A stretch of DNA of 64,000 nt from Alphaproteobacteria bacterium (GTDB taxonomy: Bacteria; Pseudomonadota; Alphaproteobacteria; MPNO01; UBA830): assembly GCA_965243135.1 (NCBI GenBank), contig OZ251539.1, positions 4,640,001-4,704,000 on the forward strand. The letters are read 5' to 3'. The notes under the pieces were generated by a model that saw only the letters and a list, made by a program, of their open reading frames with translations, made no database searches and was not told where the DNA came from. The position numbers and the translations under genes are program-made. This document shows positions 57,572 through 64,000 of this stretch, in pieces (the first letter of the stretch is position 1; every line of letters starts with the position of its first letter).

Positions 57572-59980
57572 ATGGCATACGCACTGTTAGGCAAGGACTT
57601 CACCCCGCCGGATCTCCACGCGAAGGTCACCGGCGCGGCCAGATACGCCGAGGACTTCCGCGCCGACGGCATGGTGTTCCTCAAGATTTTCTCGTCGCCC
57701 ATGCCGCACGCCAGGGTCAAGTCGATCGACGCGAGCAAGGCGATGGAGATGCCAGGCGTCGTCGGCGTCATGCTTCCGAGCGAAATCAAGCAGCCGAAGG
57801 ACGCGGGGCACGCCATTCTCACCGACTACCCGGTCTTCGTCGGGCAGCCGATCATGGCGCTCGCCGCGACGACGGAACAACAGGCCGAGGACGCGATCGA
57901 GGCGGTCAAGGTCGATCTCGAGCCCCTGCCGTTCTGCATCGATCCTCTCGACAGCCTGAAACCCGACGGCCCCAACGCCCATGTCGGCGGCAACGTCGCC
58001 AACCGGCGCGGCATCAAGCTGCAGACCGTCAAATGGACGGGCAAGGACTTCGCGCTGGCGGGCGACGACAAGTTGCCGATGGGCAAGGCCGTGACCGAAT
58101 GGGCCTACGGCGACCTCGAAGCCGGCTTCGCGAAGGCGAAGGCGATCGTCGAGGAATCCTTCGTCAGCGCCGCGAACGCGCACCACGCGATGGAGCCCCG
58201 GTCGGCCGCCGCCTACTGGGAAAACGGCAAGTGCCACGTGTGGGGATCGACCCAGTCGTCTTCGTTCGCGATACCCAGCCTCGCGAAATACATCGGCATC
58301 AAGCCGCCGCAACTCAACCTCGTGAGCGAGTTCTGCGGCGGCGGCTTCGGGGGCAAGGCCTATTCCTACCCGTTGATGGCGCTCCCGGCCCTGATGTCGA
58401 AGAAGCTGAACGGCCGCCCCGTCATGCTGCGGACCAGCCGTTCCGAGGAATTCTATAACGGCTCCGCGCGGGCCGGTTTCCAGGGTTGGGTCAAGATCGG
58501 CTTCGCGGCCGACGGGCGCGTGGTCGCGCTGGACAGCTACGTCGTGCAGGACAACGGCTCGACCGGCGGGTTCTGGGACTTCCAGAACTTCGGAATGGCC
58601 TCTTCGGTCATTCTGCAGCCGGAGGCCATGCGTTTCCGCGGCGTGCCGGTCCTGACCAATACGCCGCCCAAGGGCGCCCAGCGCGGTCCGGGAGAAAACC
58701 AGACCGCCAACATCATCGAACCGTTGCTCGACAAGGGCGCGCGCGAACTCGGCATCGACCGTCTGGCCGTGCGCCTGGCCAATGCGCCGGGCGGCGGCCA
58801 GGGCGGAAAGATCGGTCCGAAGCAGGGGCCGCTCACGAGCGCCTACCTTCGCGAAGGACTGGAACAGGCGGCGGCCAAGTTCGGTTACGCCGAGCGGGCC
58901 GCCAAGGCGGGCCGGCAGGCCGGGGGCAAGATCAGAGCCGTCGGCATCGGCCAAGCCTATCACGCCGCCGGCTACAACGGCTGGGACGGGATGGTTCGCA
59001 TCACGCCGGACGGCAAGCTTCACGTCCACACCGGCGTCGGCAATCTGGGAACCTTTTCCTACGCGGCGACGTCGCGCGTGGCGGCCGAGGTTCTCGGATA
59101 CGACTGGAACAACGTCGTCATCGAACGCGGCGGGTCGCTCAAGGCGATGCCCTTCAATATCGGCCAGTTCGGATCGAACACGAGCTTCACCATGACGCGG
59201 ACCAACTACGCCGCGGCGATGGACGCGAAGCAAAAGCTGCTCGAAATCGCCGCCGCGACGATGGGCGGCGAGGCCGCCGCCTACAAGCTTGAGAACGAGC
59301 GCGTGGTCGGCCCGAACGGCGGCATGTCGTTCGCCGACGCCGCGAAGAAGGCCATCGAGCTCGGCGGAAAATACGCCGGCCACGAGGTCGATCCCGACCT
59401 CAAGGGGCTGACCAAGCTCTCCGCCAAGATGATCGCGGGAACCGGCCTGATCGGCGTGGCGAAGGACAAGCTGCCCAAGAACGGCACGGTTCCGGCCCTC
59501 GCGGCGGCGTTCATCGAGATCGAACTGGATCCCGAAACGGGGAAGGTCGAGGTGCTGGACTATCTCGGCGTGGCGGACGTCGGCCAGGTGCTGCATCCCC
59601 AGGGGCTCGACGCCCAGGTCCGCGGCGGCGCCGTCATGGGCTTCGGCCTCGCAGCCACCGAGCGGTACGTCTACGACCCCGCCTACGGAAGCACCAGCGC
59701 GAGGGGGCTGTACCAGGCCAAGCCGCCGACCTATCTGGACGTGCCCGTGCAGCTGGCGTCGCTGGCGGTCGAGGGCGCGACGGATCCGCAGAATCCGGTG
59801 GGCGCCAAGGGCATCGGCGAACCCATCCAGGGGTCCGCTTCGTCGGCGTACCTGAGCGCCGTTTCGGACGCGCTGGGCGGACACCTGTTCAACCGCGTGC
59901 CGGTCGTCGCCGACATGATCATCAACGAGCTGGCCGGGCAGCCGCAGTCGCACAAGCCGCTGCAGACGAATTGCCAGTGA
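57572..59980 (+). CDS. Xanthine dehydrogenase family molybdopterin-binding large subunit
   Basis: KVTGAARY, AMEPR, CGGGFGGK, QRGPG, GQFGS, AKGIGEP. Confidence 0.92.
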   Translation: MAYALLGKDFTPPDLHAKVTGAARYAEDFRADGMVFLKIFSSPMPHARVKSIDASKAMEMPGVVGVMLPSEIKQPKDAGHAILTDYPVFVGQPIMALAATTEQQAEDAIEAVKVDLEPLPFCIDPLDSLKPDGPNAHVGGNVANRRGIKLQTVKWTGKDFALAGDDKLPMGKAVTEWAYGDLEAGFAKAKAIVEESFVSAANAHHAMEPRSAAAYWENGKCHVWGSTQSSSFAIPSLAKYIGIKPPQLNLVSEFCGGGFGGKAYSYPLMALPALMSKKLNGRPVMLRTSRSEEFYNGSARAGFQGWVKIGFAADGRVVALDSYVVQDNGSTGGFWDFQNFGMASSVILQPEAMRFRGVPVLTNTPPKGAQRGPGENQTANIIEPLLDKGARELGIDRLAVRLANAPGGGQGGKIGPKQGPLTSAYLREGLEQAAAKFGYAERAAKAGRQAGGKIRAVGIGQAYHAAGYNGWDGMVRITPDGKLHVHTGVGNLGTFSYAATSRVAAEVLGYDWNNVVIERGGSLKAMPFNIGQFGSNTSFTMTRTNYAAAMDAKQKLLEIAAATMGGEAAAYKLENERVVGPNGGMSFADAAKKAIELGGKYAGHEVDPDLKGLTKLSAKMIAGTGLIGVAKDKLPKNGTVPALAAAFIEIELDPETGKVEVLDYLGVADVGQVLHPQGLDAQVRGGAVMGFGLAATERYVYDPAYGSTSARGLYQAKPPTYLDVPVQLASLAVEGATDPQNPVGAKGIGEPIQGSASSAYLSAVSDALGGHLFNRVPVVADMIINELAGQPQSHKPLQTNCQ

Positions 59981-60002
59981 TTGGCGGAGAGGAGACGGAC
60001 CG

Positions 60003-60992
60003 ATGACTGACTTCATGCACTCGTTCGACCTGTTCGCGCCCGCCAGCGTCGAGGAAGCGGCCCAGCTGCTCGACAGGCACGGCAAGGACGCCTGGATCGT
60101 CGCCGGCGGAAAGGACAGCTTCGACTGGTTCAAGGACCGGCACAAAAGGCCGCAAGCGGTCGTCGACATCTCGGGACTGGCGGAACTCCGCGGGATCCGG
60201 GATCGCGGCGACCACGTCTCGATCGGCGCGGCGACCACCCTGACGGAAATCGAGGAAAGCAAGGCGCTGCAGGACAAGTTCCCGCTTCTGACGGCCGCCG
60301 CGGCCAAGGTCGCGAGTCCGCAGATCCGGAACGCCGGAACGATCGGCGGCAACGTCGCGCAGGACACCCGTTGCGCCTATTACCGCGACGGATTTCCCTG
60401 CTACCGCGCCGGAGGCAACACCTGCTACGCCAACACGCCGACGGCGATGAACCGGGAGCACGCCCTTTACGAAGCCGTGCGCTGCGTCGCCGTCACGCCT
60501 TCCGACACGGCGCCCGCGCTCGTCGCCCTGGAAGCGGAGATGGTCGTCTCTCGCGACGGCAAGACGCGCGCGATTCCCGCCGAGAAGTTCTTCGTCGGAC
60601 CGGCCGTCGACATCACGCGCATGACGGCGCTGGAGACGGGAGACATTCTGACGGAAATCCGCATTCCGGCGAAATGGGCGGGCGCGAGGCACTATTTCGA
60701 GAAAGTGGCCGACCGGGAGACGTGGGATTTCGCGCTCGTCAGCATCGCCATGGCGGCGAAGACCGACGGAGGCAAGGTTTCCGACGTTCGCGTCGCCTGC
60801 GGCGGAGTCCAGTGCACGCCGCGGCGGCTTACCGACGTCGAAGACCTGATGAAAGGCGAGGCGGCGAACGCGGAGATGGAGACGCTGGCCAGACGGGTCG
60901 CCGCCCGCGGCGCCAAGGCGCTGAACTACAACCACTTCAAGATTCCCCTCATGGGCAATCTGGCCGCAAGGGCCGTCAGGTCGCTGGCCTGA
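60003..60992 (+). CDS. FAD-binding medium subunit with [4Fe-4S]-type Cys insert (PaoB/HcrB-like)
   Basis: AGG, QIRNAGTIGGN, RCAYYR..CYRAGGNTC..RCVAVTPSD, WDFAL. Confidence 0.9.
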   Translation: MTDFMHSFDLFAPASVEEAAQLLDRHGKDAWIVAGGKDSFDWFKDRHKRPQAVVDISGLAELRGIRDRGDHVSIGAATTLTEIEESKALQDKFPLLTAAAAKVASPQIRNAGTIGGNVAQDTRCAYYRDGFPCYRAGGNTCYANTPTAMNREHALYEAVRCVAVTPSDTAPALVALEAEMVVSRDGKTRAIPAEKFFVGPAVDITRMTALETGDILTEIRIPAKWAGARHYFEKVADRETWDFALVSIAMAAKTDGGKVSDVRVACGGVQCTPRRLTDVEDLMKGEAANAEMETLARRVAARGAKALNYNHFKIPLMGNLAARAVRSLA

Positions 60993-61132
60993 TGGAGTTC
61001 TTCCGCGTGTCCAGGAACGTCTGGGGGCAGGAGATGCTGGTGGGCATGTCGTGGGACCTGCTGTGGCTGCCGGTCGCCGCCGCGGGCGCGGCGATCGCGG
61101 CGCACCAGCTCTTTCGGCGCCTGCGGTCCTGA
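60992..61132 (+). CDS. Small membrane protein, 46 aa
   Basis: MEFFRVSRNVWGQEMLVGMSWDLLWLPVAAAGAAIAAHQLFRRLRS; TGATG coupling to the upstream gene. Confidence 0.7.
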   Translation: MEFFRVSRNVWGQEMLVGMSWDLLWLPVAAAGAAIAAHQLFRRLRS

Positions 61133-61142
61133 CGGAAGAAAG

Positions 61143-61697
61143 GTGGCGTCGGAAGAGGTCCGGCATCAATGGCCGGATCGCCTGTTTCACTGGCTGATGG
61201 CCGCGGTCGTGCTCGTTCTGCTGGGCACGGCGTTTCTCCCCATTCTGGGAGTCGCGTTCAACTGGGTGCCGATTCACTGGATGGCGGGGGTTCTCCTCAT
61301 CCTCGCCGTCCTTTTTCATCTGTATCGCGCGCTTTTCGTCCACGGCGTCTCCGCCATGGCGCCCGCGCGCGGCGACCTGCGGGCGGCGCTGGGCCGGGAA
61401 GCCTCGGACGCGAAATACGACCTCGGCCAGAAACTCTATCACTGGTCTGTCGCCTTCGTCGTGATCGTCCTGGCGGCGACGGGCGCGGTCATGCTGGCCA
61501 AGATCGATACGCCGTTCTGGAGCCGGGATCCGTCGATCCTTTCCGACCAGGCCTGGGGGCTGGTCTACAGCCTGCACGGCGCGACCTCGATGCTGCTGAT
61601 TTTCTTTTTCATCCTCCACGTTTACTTCGCTTTTCTGCCGGAGCATCGCCGGTTGCTGATCGCCATGGCGTTCGGCGGTAGCGGGCGCGAGCCGTGA
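61143..61697 (+). CDS. Di-haem cytochrome b (FdnI/Ni-hydrogenase cytochrome b type)
   Basis: RLFHW, IHWMAG, KYDLGQKLYHW, LHG..ILHVY; four TM helices with conserved His. Confidence 0.85.
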   Translation: MASEEVRHQWPDRLFHWLMAAVVLVLLGTAFLPILGVAFNWVPIHWMAGVLLILAVLFHLYRALFVHGVSAMAPARGDLRAALGREASDAKYDLGQKLYHWSVAFVVIVLAATGAVMLAKIDTPFWSRDPSILSDQAWGLVYSLHGATSMLLIFFFILHVYFAFLPEHRRLLIAMAFGGSGREP

Positions 61698-62050
61698 ACG
61701 AGGAAATCAGAAGGCGGATCGAGGAGATCGAGGAAGCCTACGAATTCATGCTCGCGTACGCGGCGCAGGGACGCGCCGAGGAAGGCGCGGACGGCACCCA
61801 GATCAGGAACTTTCTGACGCGGTTCGGAAAGGCCGTGGACGCGATTCCGGACATGCTGGAAACGACGGCCGCCGCGGCGGGCTTCCTCGCCCGTTTCCGG
61901 GAGGACTCGAAGACGATGGCGTCGGTCATCGAAATCATGCTCGCGCGCGGCAACATATCGTCCGAGGTCGTCGACAACGCGAACGGGCTGATCGCCGTCC
62001 GGTCCTACCTGACCTCGCTGTTCTTCCTCGACAAGGCCGTTCTTCCCTGA
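61694..62050 (+). CDS. Hypothetical helical protein, last gene of the molybdoenzyme operon
   Basis: GTGA coupling; IEEAYEFMLAYAAQG..VDNANG..YLTSLFFLD; no family recognised. Confidence 0.7.
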   Translation: MNEEIRRRIEEIEEAYEFMLAYAAQGRAEEGADGTQIRNFLTRFGKAVDAIPDMLETTAAAAGFLARFREDSKTMASVIEIMLARGNISSEVVDNANGLIAVRSYLTSLFFLDKAVLP

Positions 62051-62053
62051 CGC

Positions 62054-62584
62054 TCAGGCGGGGCGGCGGCGCTTCAGCAGCACGTAGAACGCGCCTTCGC
62101 CGCCGTCCGTCTGCCGGGCCTGCGCGAAACAAGCGACGCGCGGCCGAACGTCGGGCGCGTTGAGCCAGAGGGACAGGTCCCGGCGGATGGGGCCTTCGCC
62201 GCGGGCGCCCTTGCCGGTGATGATCAGGACGCAGCGGCGGCGGTCCGACTGCGCCGCGGCGACGAACCTCGAAACCGCCCGGCGCGCTTCCTCCAGGGTC
62301 TTCCCGTGGAGGTCGAGGCGGGCTTCGGGGCGAAACAGGCCTCTGCGCAGCCGGGTCATCGTGCGCCCGTCGACGCCGTTCGCCGCTCCCGGTTTCAGCG
62401 TGACGGGCGCCGCGGGCGGGGTCGTCGCGGACCGCCGGGGCGGGGGCTTTTCCGGTTCGGGCGGCGGTTCGGGGTTCCGGCGTTCCGAGCGGCCGCGCAG
62501 CGGAACGACGTCGGACATGGCTTCGTCGAACAGCTTCGATTCGCCGGAATCCGCGCGCCGCCCGCCCTCACGAAAGCGCGTCAT
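62054..62584 (-). CDS. Smr/MutS2 C-terminal domain protein
   Basis: ARLDLHG, CVLIITGKG, GGEGAFYVLL. Confidence 0.92.
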   Translation of the reverse strand: MTRFREGGRRADSGESKLFDEAMSDVVPLRGRSERRNPEPPPEPEKPPPRRSATTPPAAPVTLKPGAANGVDGRTMTRLRRGLFRPEARLDLHGKTLEEARRAVSRFVAAAQSDRRRCVLIITGKGARGEGPIRRDLSLWLNAPDVRPRVACFAQARQTDGGEGAFYVLLKRRRPA

Positions 62585-63200
62585 TTTCCTCGTCCGTCAG
62601 AACGATGTGCAGCCGCAGCGGGCCGTGAACGCCGATGGTGACCGTCCGCTCGATGTCGGACGATCGCGAGGGCCCCGTGATCAGCGTCACCGTTCGGGGA
62701 AGGGGTCTGCCGATCCGGCGCCAGGCGTCCTCGTAGGCGCCGACGATATCGACGGTCTTCAGGACCGCGACATGGTTGTCGGGCAGGAAATTGAGCGCGT
62801 AAGGAGTCGCCGGACCGGACGCGACCATGAGCGAGCCGGTTTCGGCGACTCCGGCGACCGCGGGGCCGACCCCCGTCGGGTCGCCGTCGCGGGCGCGGTC
62901 GAAGCGAATCGCAAGGCCGGGAACGGAATCCCACGGACAGGCGTTCATGGCGGGCGCGGCCACGATCCGGCGGGGCAGCTGGTTGCGTTCGAGCCAGGCG
63001 TCGACCGCGGCGGGCACGTCGGCGGAACCGTCGACCGTCTCCAGCGTGGCGCCGGCCTCGGCGGCCATCGCCGAGAACCTCTTCAGGAGTTCGGGCCGGT
63101 CGCCGCGTCCGCGAGCCGGAACGATCGCGGCCCCCGGCGGGGGAACGGCCGATCCGCCCGCTTTTCGCACTCTTTCCAGAATAGCCGCGCGCGCGTTCAT
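62568..63200 (-). CDS. lutC: Lactate utilisation protein C (LUD domain)
   Basis: MNARAAIL, GVAETGSL, LITGPSRSSDIE..GVHGP. Confidence 0.88.
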   Translation of the reverse strand: MNARAAILERVRKAGGSAVPPPGAAIVPARGRGDRPELLKRFSAMAAEAGATLETVDGSADVPAAVDAWLERNQLPRRIVAAPAMNACPWDSVPGLAIRFDRARDGDPTGVGPAVAGVAETGSLMVASGPATPYALNFLPDNHVAVLKTVDIVGAYEDAWRRIGRPLPRTVTLITGPSRSSDIERTVTIGVHGPLRLHIVLTDEENDALS

Positions 63201-64000
63201 GCGCCCCTCTCCTCGCGCCAGCGGTCGATGAAGGAGCGGCCTTCGGGCGCCGGCAGATCGCGCGTCGCCGTCCATCCCCTCGCGAGCGGCAGGCGGCCGA
63301 TTCGCCGGCCGCCGATCGCTTTCAACGCGCGCGCGGCGAGGCGGGCGCCGACCCTGTAGAGGCGCGGCCGCCGCGCCGTCCATGCCCATGCGGCGAGCGC
63401 GGCGCGGCCCTTGCCGAGCCGGCGTTCGCGGGCGACGTTGCGCCACCGGCGCATCAGCGCGGGAAGCGGAATCCGGACGGGGCACACCGCCTCGCAACTG
63501 CCGCAGAAGGAGGACGCTTCCGGCAGGGGCCACGCGCTTTCGATCCCGTTCAGCGCCGGCGTCAGGACGGCGCCGATCGGCCCCGCGTAAACGCCTTCGT
63601 AGGCGTGTCCGCCCACCGCCCCGTAGACCGGGCAGGCCGACTGGCAGGCTCCGCATCGGATGCAGCGCAGGACGTCGCGGAATTCGCTTCCGAGCAATCG
63701 CGAACGGCCGTTGTCCAGCAGGACGAGATGAAACTCCTCCGGCCCGTCGAGATCGCCGGGTCGCCGGGGCCCGGTCGCGAAGGTGGTGTAGCAGGTGATT
63801 TCCTGTCCCGTGGCCGACCGGGCGAGGAGACGGACGATCGTCAACGCGTCTTCGATGGTGGGCACGACCTTTTCTATGGTCGCGACGACGACGTGCACCC
63901 GCGGCAGGGTCTGGACCAAGTCGCCGTTGCCCTCGTTGGTGACGATGACGACCGATCCCGTTTCCGCGACCAGCATGTTGGCGCCGGTGATCCCGACGTC
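63197..64000 (-). CDS. lutB: Lactate utilisation Fe-S protein B (5' end outside the window)
   Basis: TNEGNG, RSATGQ, DNGRS, CIRCGACQSACPVY, SSFCGSCEAVCPVRIP. Confidence 0.92.
   Translation of the reverse strand, partial: DVGITGANMLVAETGSVVIVTNEGNGDLVQTLPRVHVVVATIEKVVPTIEDALTIVRLLARSATGQEITCYTTFATGPRRPGDLDGPEEFHLVLLDNGRSRLLGSEFRDVLRCIRCGACQSACPVYGAVGGHAYEGVYAGPIGAVLTPALNGIESAWPLPEASSFCGSCEAVCPVRIPLPALMRRWRNVARERRLGKGRAALAAWAWTARRPRLYRVGARLAARALKAIGGRRIGRLPLARGWTATRDLPAPEGRSFIDRWREERGA

Noticed and set aside
1-64000. CRISPR array, rRNA or parS site
   Set aside because: No regularly spaced repeats, rRNA-like sequence or parS palindrome recognised by eye; short or degenerate elements could be missed.

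Overview
High-GC alphaproteobacterial (Rhodospirillales-like) chromosomal segment. It probably contains the replication origin: an AT-rich gap with DnaA-box-like 9-mers lies between the divergent ppsR-maf-aroE-coaE-dnaQ and hemE-hemH-hemJ-rho blocks. Other housekeeping content is tRNA-Glu(CTC), hisB/H/A/F/E-HIT (HisE is tandem-duplicated), hslVU, bfr, smr and lutB/C. Accessory content: (i) a divergent Paa-type di-iron aryl-CoA epoxidase cluster with a split PaaD, interrupted by an antisense SWIM-SNF2 helicase; (ii) a catabolic cluster with a CDGSH-cupin fusion, kynureninase, hydantoinase A/B, a TRAP transporter and an M20 amidohydrolase; (iii) a low-GC insert encoding an orphan with a GrpE-like tail and an NBD-only Hsp70/actin-fold ATPase, separated by an IS110 relic; (iv) a putative defence island of AlbA_2-HATPase, a frameshifted dual-OB gene, two DUF488 genes and a TIR/SLOG/ThsB-like TIR trio; (v) a Tat-exported xanthine-dehydrogenase-family molybdoenzyme linked to a cytochrome b. 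The best candidates for undescribed systems are (iii), (iv) and (i). All calls come from motif recognition by eye; no database searches were run and GC statements are visual estimates.
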